Shown piece after piece: positions 30,643 through 40,959 of a stretch of 64,000 nucleotides of DNA (position 1 is its first letter; every line of letters starts with the position of its first letter). The stretch spans positions 1,408,001-1,472,000 of the forward strand of contig CAVSLV010000001.1 of assembly GCA_963728915.1 (NCBI GenBank), given 5' to 3'. This DNA is from an uncultured Gemmatimonadales bacterium. GTDB lineage: Bacteria > Gemmatimonadota > Gemmatimonadetes > Gemmatimonadales > GWC2-71-9. The notes under the pieces were generated by a model that worked only from the letters and a program-made list of their open reading frames with translations, searched no databases and had not been told where the DNA came from. Made by a program: the position numbers and the translations under genes.

Positions 30643-31038
30643 TTACCTTTCCCGATACGGCGCCAGGGCGCCCAGATGCGATGCCAGCGCGAGCGTCATG
30701 GAGTCGAAGCTCGCCTCGAATTCGGTATAGTCCAGGTTCTCCAGCTCCAGCGCGTCGGTCAGGACCACGTGCCCCCCTTCCAGGCCGTAGGAGCCATGGA
30801 GGAGGTCCCGCGCGTTGAACTCCAGCAGCTTCTGGAAGAGCCCGGACCGTTTGCCGTCCTCTGCGGGGGGCTCCATAACCCGCATTCGGAGGAGGACCAC
30901 CGGGGGCGCGTAGTTCACCACCACCTCCGCCCCGTTCTGGGTCTTGACCCGCCAGAGCCCCGAGGAAAGCTCGGTGACCTCGGCCGACCCGCCGTCGAGC
31001 CTCTCGATGAACGACTGAATATCCTCTTTGGTCACCAT
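30643..31038 (-). CDS. CesT/YbjN-like chaperone-fold protein
   Basis: 131 aa acidic protein, LFQKLLEFNA..LHGSYGL..LENLD; directly upstream of pspA. Confidence 0.75.
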   Translation of the reverse strand: MVTKEDIQSFIERLDGGSAEVTELSSGLWRVKTQNGAEVVVNYAPPVVLLRMRVMEPPAEDGKRSGLFQKLLEFNARDLLHGSYGLEGGHVVLTDALELENLDYTEFEASFDSMTLALASHLGALAPYRER

Positions 31039-31072
31039 CGTGGCGCTGTTCTCCTGTCGGCTAGGGTCCGGC

Positions 31073-31429
31073 CTAGAATTTACCCTGCTCCCGGCTGGGA
31101 TCGCGGGGCAATCCTGCCAGAAGCCGTTCCGAGAAATCCACCCGCTCTTCCAGCTCCTGCATCCGGATCCGGAGCTCGTCCAGCTCGCCGAGCACCTGGT
31201 CGGGCACCTCGTTCGGAGCCGGAGGATTCCGCAGGCCCATCCGCTGGGCCAGCGCCTTCCCGATCGGTCCAGCCAGGATGGCGGCACTCGCGAGCGCGCC
31301 GATGATGCCGACCGGGATGGCGAACCCCGGGCCGAGGCGAATGGCCATCACCGCGTAGGCGGCAATCCCCACCATGGCAATCCAGGCCGCCGAAATCGTG
31401 ATCGCGGTTGCGTGTCTGGACTCATCCAT
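31073..31429 (-). CDS. Small membrane protein with ERxDFxERLL coiled coil (paralog 5)
   Basis: Two TM, GPIGKALA, ELEERVDFSERLL. Confidence 0.85.
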   Translation of the reverse strand: MDESRHATAITISAAWIAMVGIAAYAVMAIRLGPGFAIPVGIIGALASAAILAGPIGKALAQRMGLRNPPAPNEVPDQVLGELDELRIRMQELEERVDFSERLLAGLPRDPSREQGKF

Positions 31430-31712
31430 GGGCAGGCCTCACCGGCAGCGCCCGCTCGGGATCGGCTTCCGGGCGGGCAAGCATCCGCTCGGCAAAATCA
31501 AGTCGCTCCTCCAGCTCGGTCATCCGGGCCTGCGCCGTTTCGAGGTCGAGGAGCCGGTGCTCCAACTCTGCAAGGCGAGCCGTGCCGGCCTCGTCAGTCG
31601 TCCCGCTCCCGGTCACGGTCCCGGCGATGCGCCGGCCGATGGCACGGCCAATCGGGCCCGCCAGGAAGGCGACGATCACGATCGTCAGGCCGGTGGTCTC
31701 GGGGCCCGTCAT
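31422..31712 (-). CDS. Small membrane protein with ERxDFxERLL coiled coil (paralog 4)
   Basis: Short TM, GPIGRAIG, ELEERLDFAERML. Confidence 0.85.
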   Translation of the reverse strand: MTGPETTGLTIVIVAFLAGPIGRAIGRRIAGTVTGSGTTDEAGTARLAELEHRLLDLETAQARMTELEERLDFAERMLARPEADPERALPVRPAHG

Positions 31713-32092
31713 CCGGAGCGAACATCCGCCGAACCCAGCTTCGGCCGATCGACTTCGCGAGCCAGCAACCGCTCGGTGAAATCCAATCGTTCCTCGAGCT
31801 CCATTACCCGTGCCTGGCCGGCTTCCAGGTCCGACACCCGCTGCTCCAGCTCCACGATCCGTTCCGCGGCCATCTCACCGGTAGTCACTCCGGATCGATG
31901 CACCTTCCGGAGACTGATGTACCGGCGGATGGCAAACAGAACCAGGGAGGCGGTGATGATGATCGACGCGATTGCCGCCGCCTCTTCACCGTTGTGAGCG
32001 GTCGACAGGAATCCCCCCAGCACCACCGCGGTAATGCCGAGGTGGATGACGGTGTCGACCGCATCGAGCCCGACCACCGATTTGAACGACAT
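31709..32092 (-). CDS. Small membrane protein with ERxDFxERLL coiled coil (paralog 3)
   Basis: Start MSFKSVVG at 32092; two TM; ELEERLDFTERLL. Confidence 0.85.
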   Translation of the reverse strand: MSFKSVVGLDAVDTVIHLGITAVVLGGFLSTAHNGEEAAAIASIIITASLVLFAIRRYISLRKVHRSGVTTGEMAAERIVELEQRVSDLEAGQARVMELEERLDFTERLLAREVDRPKLGSADVRSG

Positions 32093-32352
32093 CAGGCCGA
32101 TCCCTGCGGCAGCTCGCTGGACTGCTTGTTGGCCAGGAGCCGTTCCGTGAAGTCGACCCGCTCCTGCAATTCCATCACGTCGCTTCGAAGCCGGTCCAGC
32201 TCGTTGAGGACCTCGGGATCGGGGGCGCCGACCGGAGTCCGCCCATGCCGGATCCGTTCCGCCAGGGCTTTCCCGACCGGGCTGATCGCGAGCAGGAAGA
32301 GGGTTCCTCCCCCGAAAATGAAAATGATGGCGAGCACGCCTTCGATGTCCAT
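32092..32352 (-). CDS. Small membrane protein with ERxDFxERLL coiled coil (paralog 2)
   Basis: One TM, SPVGKALA, ELQERVDFTERLL. Confidence 0.85.
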   Translation of the reverse strand: MDIEGVLAIIFIFGGGTLFLLAISPVGKALAERIRHGRTPVGAPDPEVLNELDRLRSDVMELQERVDFTERLLANKQSSELPQGSA

Positions 32353-32355
32353 CGG

Positions 32356-32649
32356 TCAATGACTCGGCTGAACGGACGACCCGGTCCGTTCGGTGGATTG
32401 ACGGGCCAGCAGTCGTTCGGTGAAATCCAGTCGTTCCTGCATTTCCACCAGGTCGCCCCGTACTCCTTCGACCTCGCGCCGAAGGGCGTCGAGCTCCAGG
32501 AGCGTTTCGGTATTGGGCTCGACCTGGCCACGCAACCGGCTGGCAAAAGCCCGCCCGATTTCGCTTTTCGAGAACACAACGAAGCCCCCGATCAGCATGC
32601 CGATGATCGGGATGAACACTCCGAATGCTCCGACCGTACCTGGACCCAT
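32356..32649 (-). CDS. Small membrane protein with ERxDFxERLL coiled coil (paralog 1)
   Basis: GGAG RBS before the ATG at 32649; one TM, SEIGRAFA, EMQERLDFTERLL. Confidence 0.85.
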   Translation of the reverse strand: MGPGTVGAFGVFIPIIGMLIGGFVVFSKSEIGRAFASRLRGQVEPNTETLLELDALRREVEGVRGDLVEMQERLDFTERLLARQSTERTGSSVQPSH

Positions 32650-32680
32650 GCAGTTCACTCCGACGGGAACAACGGCCCCC

Positions 32681-32707
32681 TACGTCAGGAAAGGGCCGGG
32701 TGTTTCA
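32681..32707 (-). promoter_or_regulatory. Candidate ECF sigma promoter TGAAAC-N17-CGTA
   Basis: Minus strand reads TGAAAC acccggccctttcctga CGTA, about 30 bp before the first gene of the psp operon. Confidence 0.6.
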
Positions 32708-32730
32708 CAACGTAACACCTCGAATCTACG

Positions 32731-35590
32731 TCAGATCCTCCCGTTGAGGAGGGGGGCGAGGACGGCCGCGGTATGACTGGCTTTCACGCCGGCCACCTGC
32801 TCGGGTGTTCCCTGTGCCACGATCGCGCCACCCTTGGCGCCCCCCTCGGGACCGAGATCGATGATCCAGTCGGCGGTCTTGATGACATCGAGGTTGTGCT
32901 CGATGACCAGGACACTGTTTCCCTTGTCCACCAACCGATGCAGCACGTTGAGCAGCATCCGCACGTCCTCGAAGTGCAACCCGGTCGTGGGCTCGTCAAG
33001 GATATAGAAGGTCCGTCCGGTATCGCGCTTGGCGAGCTCGGTGGCGAGCTTGACCCGCTGGGCTTCGCCTCCCGAAAGCGTGGTCGCCGATTGCCCGAGG
33101 TGGAGATAGCCTAGGCCGACGTCGTTCAGCAAGTCGAGCTTCTCCCGGATTCTGCCCTGGGCAGAAAAAAAAATCGAGCGCATCGGAGACGGTCAGCTCG
33201 AGCACGTCCGCGATACTCCGGCCCTTGTACCGCACCTCGAGGGTTTCCCGATTGTAGCGCCGGCCCTTGCAAACCTCGCACGGGACATAGACGTCGGGCA
33301 GGAAGTGCATCTCGATCTTGACGAGGCCATCGCCTTCACAGGCCTCGCAACGGCCCCCTTTGACGTTGAAGGAGAACCGGCCCGGGCCGTAGCCACGCAT
33401 CCTGGCCTCGGGAAGCTGGGCGAAGAGCTCCCGGATCGGGGTGAACAACCCGGTATAGGTTGCCGGATTCGATCGGGGAGTCCGGCCGATGGGACTCTGG
33501 TCGATGTCGATGACCTTGTCGAGGTGTTGCAACCCCTCGATCCGATCGTGGGACCCGGGAACCACCCTGGCCCTGTAGAAGTGCCGAGCCAGCGCCGCGT
33601 ACAGAAGATCGGTGACCAGACTGGACTTGCCCGAACCCGAGACCCCGGTCACGGCCACGAACAGCCCGAGCGGGACTTCGACCGTCAGATCCCGCAGATT
33701 GTTGGCCCGGGCGCCCACCACCCGGAGAATGCGTTTGGGATCCCGGGCCCGGCGCCCTTTCGGGACCGGGATGCGAAGCTCCCCCCGGAGGTAACGGGCG
33801 GTCAGCGAATCGGGATGGTCGAGGACGGCGCTCACCTGGCCTTGAGTGACGACCTCCCCCCCGGCGCTTCCGGCCCCGGGGCCGAGATCGATGAGATAAT
33901 CGGCGGCGCGAATGGTGTCCTCGTCGTGCTCGACCACGATCACCGTGTTCCCGAGATCGCGCAGTTCCCGCAGGGTGGACAGGAGCCGCGCATTGTCTCT
34001 CTGATGCAGCCCGATGCTCGGCTCATCCAGCACGTAGAGAACCCCTACCAGGCGAGAGCCGATCTGGGTCGCCAGCCGGATCCGCTGGGCTTCGCCCCCA
34101 GAAAGCGAACCCGCGCTTCGTCCCAGCGTGAGGTACTCCAGCCCGACGTTGCGAAGGAAGCTCAGACGATCCCGAATCTCCTTGAGAATGGGCCCACCGA
34201 CCTCGGGGTCAACACCACCTGCCATCCCTCTTCCAACCGGGATCGATTCGAAGAAAATGAGGGCGTCGGTAACTGGCATGTCCACGACATCACCAATGCT
34301 CCGCCCCGCGATGAGGACCGAAAGGCTTTCCGGTTTGAGCCGCCGCCCCTTGCAGACCGGGCAAGGCATTTCGACCAGATAGGCTTCGAGCTGCTGGCGC
34401 ACCGCATCGCTCGCCGATTCCCGGTATCGCCGCTCGACGTTCTTGAGGATGCCTTCCCACTCGGTTTCGAAATCCGACCTGCCGCGGCCTCCGTCCGAGG
34501 AGAATTTGATCGTTCGCCCCGGGGCGCCGTCCAAGAGAAGCCCGCGGGCCTCCGGACCGAGCTGGGCCCAGGGAGCGGCGAGATCGAACTTGAACAGCTT
34601 GGCGAGTGTCGGGAGGACCACCTTGCGGAGATACCCTGACGGTTCACCCCATGGAAGGACCACGCCTTCGAGAATCGAGAGGCTGGGATCTCCCAGAATC
34701 AGGTCCGCGTTGACTTCCTTGCGGGTGCCAAGGCCGTGGCACTCGGGGCAGACCCCGAAGGGAGAATTGAAGGAGAATTGGCGGGGCTCGAGCTCCGGCA
34801 GGGAAAGCCCGCAAACCGGGCAGGAGAAGCGCTCGGAGAACAGACGGGAGGACGCGGACGATTCCCGACCGTCGGCCCGCACGACTTCGACCACGCCGTC
34901 GGCCACCTTGAGGGCGGTCTCAATGGAGTCGTGCAGGCGGCTTCGGTCGGCGGCGCGCACCACGAGCCGGTCCACCACCACCGCCACGTCGTGATTGTGC
35001 CGCCGGTTGAGGGCCGGCACGGCATTGAGGTCGTACACCTCGCCGTCGACCCGCACTCGTACGAACCCGCGCTTCCCAAGATCCTCGAAGAGCTCCTTGA
35101 ACTCGCCCTTGCGACCCCGGACCAGCGGACCCAGCACCTCGATCCGGGTTCCTTGCGGCCAGGCGAGGACCGCGTCGGTGATCTGTGCGGCGCTCTGCTT
35201 CGCAACCGGGGTCCCGTCGCGGGGACAGTGGGGCACGCCGGCGCGGGCCCAAAGGAGCCGCATGTAGTCGTAGATCTCGGTGACCGTACCGACCGTGGAC
35301 CGGGGATTGTGCCCGGTGGACTTCTGCTCGATCGAGATGGCGGGAGATAGCCCATCGATGCCATCGACATCGGGCTTCTCCATGAGCCCGAGGAACTGCC
35401 GGGCGTAGGCCGAGAGGGACTCCACGTAGCGACGCTGCCCCTCGGCATAGATCGTATCGAACGCCAGCGACGATTTCCCGGATCCGGAGAGACCGGTGAT
35501 GACGGTCAGCCGATTCCGGGGAATTTCGACGCTGATGTTCTTGAGGTTGTGCTCGCGGGCACCGCGTATCCGCAGGACTTCATCCGGCAT
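32731..35590 (-). CDS. uvrA: Excinuclease ABC subunit A (frameshift at the A9 run ~33165-33173)
   Basis: [17 protein letters not shown], two LSGGEAQR, zinc fingers, LDEPTTGLH. Confidence 0.97.
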
Positions 35591-35656
35591 AAGCAGTGAA
35601 AGCTGGCGGGGGACCCGGCTGGATTCAAGAGAGCCGGCTTCGCTTATTTTGAGCCA

Positions 35657-36463
35657 ATGCGCCGCCTGCGCAACAACCGTTCTCCTGACTCCGATGAATT
35701 GACGCTGGAAGGCTTCGATCGCCTCGATCTCGAGGGAGACGCGATCGGACCCGCCGCGGAGGAGATTCCCTGGCTCCGCCCCTTCGGCGCGGACCTGCCA
35801 GGACCGGTGCTGGCCGATTCCCCTTCCGATCCCGCCGAAACCGAGGGCACGAAAACCCTCCGCCAGGCCAGGGCCCTTCTGGAGCTCGGGCGCCGGCTCG
35901 ATGCCATGCTCCTGCTGCGCCGCTCGATCGGAGAGGATCCTCGCGGCGCGGACCCTTCGGCGCGGATGCTCTTGGCCGAGCTGCTGGATCAGGTTGGCGA
36001 GCCGGAGGCGGCCATCGGCGAGCTGAGTGAAGCCCTGGGGCAGCTCGCCGAGACCTATTCAGCCCTGGTCCAGCGGGGCAACCTCCTGGCCAGGATGGGG
36101 AGGCTGCCCGAGGCGGAGCGGGATCTCCGCGCCGCGGTTCGGCAGCGGCCGAAGGACCCCCGGGGACATCACCAGCTCGGGATGACGCTGCTCCGGCGGG
36201 GGCTGGGCGCCGAGGCCGCGCGTTCGCTCGAGGCCGCGCTCCAAGCGGCGCCCAATGACCCGGAGCTCCTCTATCAGCTTGGGGAGGCGCGGCAGAGCAC
36301 CGGCGACCTGGACGGTGCGCTGGCGGTTCTCCAGCGGGCGGCCGGTCAGGCCCCCCGCGATCCCCGCCCCCTCAAGTTGATGGGGCGCCTGCTCGACCGG
36401 CTGGGCCGGACCGAGGAAGCGATGGCGATGCATCGGCGGGCCCGACAGGCCTCGCTCACCTGA
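35657..36463 (+). CDS. Tetratricopeptide repeat protein
   Basis: Repeated A/LG..L...G...EA...L..A....P helices. Confidence 0.85.
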   Translation: MRRLRNNRSPDSDELTLEGFDRLDLEGDAIGPAAEEIPWLRPFGADLPGPVLADSPSDPAETEGTKTLRQARALLELGRRLDAMLLLRRSIGEDPRGADPSARMLLAELLDQVGEPEAAIGELSEALGQLAETYSALVQRGNLLARMGRLPEAERDLRAAVRQRPKDPRGHHQLGMTLLRRGLGAEAARSLEAALQAAPNDPELLYQLGEARQSTGDLDGALAVLQRAAGQAPRDPRPLKLMGRLLDRLGRTEEAMAMHRRARQASLT

Positions 36464-37950
36464 TGCAACTCGGCCTAACCCGCAGAAACATCGGCCGGCT
36501 GGTGCTGCTGGCCTGGGCGGTCGCCCTCGCGTGGCTGGCGCGCCGGGAGCTGGCCGGCGGGACGCCGAGCACCGCCGAGCTGGTACGCCGCCTCGAGCCC
36601 AGCGCCCAGTTCTTCGCGGTCATGGCGGGGGATCGCCAGATCGGGCAGCTCAACCGGACCGTGGATACCCTGGTGGACGGGGTTCGGCTGACCGAGCTCC
36701 TGGTGCTCGACCTTCCCGATGGCGACACGACCCGCCAGCTCGCCCAGCTGCTGGAGGCCAACCTGAGCCGGGGTCTCCGGTTGCGACAATTCAGCCGGTC
36801 GACGTTCGGGCTGGGCCGGGCCGAGCGCCTGACTGGCGGAACTGGAACCGATTCCACCCTCACCCTGCGGGACTTCGAGGCCAACCTCCCGGCCAGCTCA
36901 CCGGTGTCGCTTTACAGTGGGCCGGATCCGGTCCTTCCGGCCATGATTCCGCTCCGGGCGGCGTTCGAGCGACCGCTCGAGGTGGGCGACCGGCTCGACT
37001 ATTCGCTGTTCGATGTCGGGACCGGTCTGCTGCGTCCGGTCGCGGTGCGCGTGGTCGCGGATTCGGTGATCGTGGTCCCGGATTCCGCCGTCTGGAGCCC
37101 GCCGGACTCCCAATGGGTTCCCGCCGGGTTCGACACCATCCCGGTGTTTCGGCTGGAGCACGACGCCCCAGGCGTCTCCACCTCGACCTGGGTGGACCGG
37201 CAGGGTAGCATCGTCGCGGAGGAGATCCAGGGCGGATATCGCCTGGTGCGGTCCGCGTTCGAAATCGTGAGTACCAACTATCGCCAGCTCCGGCGATCGG
37301 AGTCCTCGGGCTGGCGCCGGGGTGTTCCCGGCCTCGGTCTCACCGAGTTCGGCGGCCACGTCGCTCCGGCGGCACGCGGATTCCGGATAACCGACTGGAC
37401 CGGGGCGGATCTGGTCCGGAGCCCTAACCCGCCCGCCGACCCCAGCCAGCCGCCCGGGGATTCGCTGATGCGATGGCGATTGCCGTTCTGGGATCTGGGG
37501 GTGCTGCAGGCCTCCGAAGTCCGCGAGGAGGCAGCCACCGCGCTGCGCGGCGCGGCGACCCGGATCGACAGCGTGAAACAGCTCACCGGGTGGGTGGCGC
37601 GGCGGATCGGCACCGATGGGTCCCCCCGCGCGTTTGGAACCGCGATGAACACCTTGCTGGCCCGACGGGGAAGCCAGGACGGCAAGGCCCGACTCCTGGT
37701 CACCCTGGCGCGGTCCGTCGGCATCCCCGCCCGGGTCCTCCGCGGCGTGGAGGTCCGCAGTACAGGAGTCGTAGGACGGTCGTGGACCGAGCTCTGGGCT
37801 GACGGGTGGATCGCGGTAGATCCGGTGTCCGGCGACGTGCCGGCCGGGAAGGCCTTGCTCCCGATCGCCGTGGGCGAACGGAGCTTGCCCACCGACCTGG
37901 TCCCCCTGCTGGCCTCGGCGCGCTTCTTGCCAATTGCGCTCTCTCGATGA
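36463..37950 (+). CDS. Membrane-anchored transglutaminase-like domain protein (catalytic residues degenerate)
   Basis: N-terminal TM; LLVTLARSVGIPAR...WTE..WIAVDP; GSQDG and GRSW in place of the Cys and His motifs. Confidence 0.75.
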   Translation: MQLGLTRRNIGRLVLLAWAVALAWLARRELAGGTPSTAELVRRLEPSAQFFAVMAGDRQIGQLNRTVDTLVDGVRLTELLVLDLPDGDTTRQLAQLLEANLSRGLRLRQFSRSTFGLGRAERLTGGTGTDSTLTLRDFEANLPASSPVSLYSGPDPVLPAMIPLRAAFERPLEVGDRLDYSLFDVGTGLLRPVAVRVVADSVIVVPDSAVWSPPDSQWVPAGFDTIPVFRLEHDAPGVSTSTWVDRQGSIVAEEIQGGYRLVRSAFEIVSTNYRQLRRSESSGWRRGVPGLGLTEFGGHVAPAARGFRITDWTGADLVRSPNPPADPSQPPGDSLMRWRLPFWDLGVLQASEVREEAATALRGAATRIDSVKQLTGWVARRIGTDGSPRAFGTAMNTLLARRGSQDGKARLLVTLARSVGIPARVLRGVEVRSTGVVGRSWTELWADGWIAVDPVSGDVPAGKALLPIAVGERSLPTDLVPLLASARFLPIALSR

Positions 37951-38705
37951 TCGCGCTCGAGCATCTCACCAAGCGATACGGCAAGTTCACCGCGGTCGAC
38001 GGGATCAACCTGACCATCCCGCGAGGCGAGCTGTACGGCCTGCTGGGCCCGAACGGCGCCGGAAAAACCACGACCATGCGGATGATCGCGGGCATCCTGC
38101 AACCCACCGCCGGGCGGGTCCTCATCGCAGGAATCGATGTGAACGCCGACCCGATCGCCGCGAAGCGCCGGCTGGGCTTCATCCCCGACCGTCCCTTCGT
38201 GTACGACAAGCTGACCGGCATCGAGTTCATGCGGTTCGTGGCCGGACTCTACGGCCAGTCGGGACCGGAGCTCGAGCGCCGCATCGGCGAGCTGCTCGAG
38301 CTCTTCGAGCTCTCGCCGTGGGGAGCCGAGCTCACCGAATCGTACAGTCACGGGATGCGGCAGAAGCTCATCATCGCGAGCGCGCTGCTCCACCGCCCGG
38401 AAGTCATCGTGGTGGACGAGCCGATGATCGGTCTCGACCCCCGAAGCGCGCGGCTGCTCAAGGACCTGCTCCGGGAGTTTGTGAGCCGGGGAGGGACCGT
38501 CCTGATGAGCACCCACACCCTGGAGATCGCCGAAGCGATGTGCGACCGGATCGCCATCGTCCACGGCGGCAAGATCGCGGCGGCGGGTACGATGGCGGAG
38601 CTCCGCACCCAGACGGCTTCGGGCGACGCTTCCCTCGAGGAGTTGTTCCTCAAACTGACCGGCGGCCTGTCGGAGCGCGAGCTGAGTGAGCTTTTCGATC
38701 GCTGA
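37947..38705 (+). CDS. ABC transporter ATP-binding protein
   Basis: GPNGAGKTT, YSHGMRQK, VVDEP. Confidence 0.95.
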   Translation: MIALEHLTKRYGKFTAVDGINLTIPRGELYGLLGPNGAGKTTTMRMIAGILQPTAGRVLIAGIDVNADPIAAKRRLGFIPDRPFVYDKLTGIEFMRFVAGLYGQSGPELERRIGELLELFELSPWGAELTESYSHGMRQKLIIASALLHRPEVIVVDEPMIGLDPRSARLLKDLLREFVSRGGTVLMSTHTLEIAEAMCDRIAIVHGGKIAAAGTMAELRTQTASGDASLEELFLKLTGGLSERELSELFDR

Positions 38706-40403
38706 GCCGGCCGATGGATCGGCGGGATTCCGGTCGATCCTCGGCCCGAAATGGCTGAGCCTCCGCAATCGCCTGCGGCGGGAGCGGAGCGGCGCGGGCA
38801 CCCGACTGCTTCTCCTGATCCTCCTGGGCGGCGGCTTCTGGGCCGGCGCGTTCGCGGTCTCCTATCGGGTGCTCCGTTATTTCAAGGGCGTCGAAGAGAT
38901 CGGTCCGCTTCTCGCCGGCAAGCTCCTCGGCGTCGGCCTGCTTTCCTTCGCGGCGATTCTGCTCCTCTCCAATCTGATCACCACCCTGTCGACCTTCTTC
39001 CTGGCCAAGGATCTCGACATGCTGGTGGCGGCGCCGGTCGACTGGATCTGGTTCTACCTGTCCAAGCTCACGGAAACCCTGGCGCACTCCTCCTGGATGG
39101 TCGTGCTGATGATCGTCCCGATCCTCACCGCTTACGGGATCGTCTTTCATGGAGGGCCGTTCTTCCCGCTGGTGGCCGCGGCGGTCCTGCTCCCGTATTT
39201 CGTGCTCCCGACCGTGGTGGGATCGGTGATCACCCTCACGCTGGTGAACATCTTTCCGGCCCGACGCGCCCGCGACCTGCTCAGCCTGGTGGCCCTCCTG
39301 CTCATGGGCGGACTGGTCCTTTTTCTCCGGTTCGCCCAGCCGGAGCAGCTGGCCCGCCCCGAGGGTTTCCGGAACCTGCTCGAGTTCATCGCCACGCTCC
39401 GGGCGCCGAGCCATCCGCTCCTGCCGAGCGAGTGGGCGTCGGCCTCGTTGATGAACTGGCTGCTTCGGGTCAGGGACCCCTTGCCGCCGTTTCTGCTCTG
39501 GAGCACCGCCGCAGCGTTCGTGGTGATCGGCGCGTCCTTTCATCGGCGGCTCTACGCACCGGGGTTCACCAAGTCGCAGGAAGGCGCGACCCGCGGGAAG
39601 GTCGGGTCGGTCGGAGCCCGGGTCCTTGGCGTTCTCCTGGGCTGGCTCCCGGTCACCCGGAGAGAATTCGTCCTCAAGGACGTGCGCCTTTTCTTCCGCG
39701 ATGCCACCCAGTGGAGTCAGCTCATTCTTCTGGCGGTGCTCCTGATCGTCTATGTCTATAACATCAGGGCCCTCCCTCTCTATACCGGTGAAAAAGTCCC
39801 CTACGTGGTGGTGACCCTGGTGGTGTTCCTGAACCAGGGGCTGGCCGGCTTCGTGCTCGCGGCGATCGCGGCGCGGTTCATCTTCCCGGCGGTGTCTCTG
39901 GAAGGCCGTCAGCTCTGGCTCCTGCGCTCGAGCCCGCTCGATCTCCAGGCCATGCTCTGGAGCAAGTACTGGGTCGGCACGGTTCCCCTGCTGGTCCTGG
40001 CCCTGGCGATCGGGCTGATCACCAATCAGATGCTGCAGGCGCCGCCCTTCATGCTGGTCCTGTCGACCCTGACCACGGTCAGCTACACCCTGGCGGTCGG
40101 CGCGCTGGCGCTCGCCATGGGCGTCTTCTATCCGCAGTTCGAAACCGAGAACGCCGCCCAGATCCCGACCAGCTTCGGAGGTCTTGCCTTCATGCTGGCG
40201 GCGGTGTGCCTCCTCATTCTGATCATCGTGATCGAGGCCGTCCCGGTGGCCGACCAGCTTCAGGCCTGGCAGGCGGGGGAGACCGTGTCGATTTCCCCGG
40301 GTCGTTGATCGTGGCGCTCGGGCTGGTGGTTGTGGCCTGCGCCTCGGCGACCGTCATCCCTCTCCATCTCGCCCTGCGCCGCCTGTCCCGCCTCGAGGTG
40401 TAA
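38686..40403 (+). CDS. ABC exporter permease, multi-TM (frameshift ~40300)
   Basis: Many TM helices, AVSLEG..LWLLRSSPL; the last TM continues in the 40206-40403 frame. Confidence 0.85.
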
Positions 40404-40530
40404 CCCGGTTTTTTTGGCGAGGGCCGGAATGATCGAGGCCCTGATTCTCCCCGACAGCATTCTCACCTTGGGGGAGCCGTCCGCTCCGGCCGCAGTGGCC
40501 GGAGAACGGTACACGCCCAAGGAGAGAACC

Positions 40531-40825
40531 ATGCGATCCCTGATTCGAGGTCTGATGGCCGCGGCGGTCATCGCGCTGCCGGTCCGGGAGCCGGCCGGCC
40601 GTTGTCCACGCCTCCACGCCCGCGCCGGCCGCGGTCACTCCGGCTGCACACGCCGGGACTTTCGATCCCTGCACCGAGGCCTTCGTCGAATTCGCCGCCA
40701 TCTCTACGGTGTACACCGCCACCCTGATCTACTGTCCGCTGGCCACCTGTGTTCCCCTGCTCTACGCCTACAACGACCTTCTCCTCCGGGCGGCAGTGCA
40801 GGTCACCTACTCGTGCGCCATCTGA
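40531..40825 (+). CDS. Small secreted Cys-containing hairpin peptide (reconstructed across one frameshift ~40598)
   Basis: AAGGAG RBS, signal-like MRSLIRGLMAAAVIALP, then ...FDPCTEAFVEFAAISTVYTATLIYCPLATCVPLLYAYNDLLLRAAVQVTYSCAI* in the +1 frame. Confidence 0.6.
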
Positions 40826-40959
40826 CCTCGAGGCTCCCGTCATTCGGGACGGGATTGCGGTTTCCCGGTCCCCAATTGACCGGGTCCTGATCCCACTTTG
40901 AGCGGATCGCCACCCCGGTCAACGGTGACCGGGGAGCGGTCCGCAACAAGGAGGGATAC

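Noticed and set aside
31073..32649. Recurring ~40-bp similar segments as a CRISPR array or DNA repeat
   Set aside because: They are the coding sequence of the shared ERxDFxERLL motif, vary at synonymous positions and are 260-390 bp apart; no cas genes.
33165..33173. A9 tract in uvrA as a phase-variation switch
   Set aside because: More simply a homopolymer length error given the window-wide error rate.
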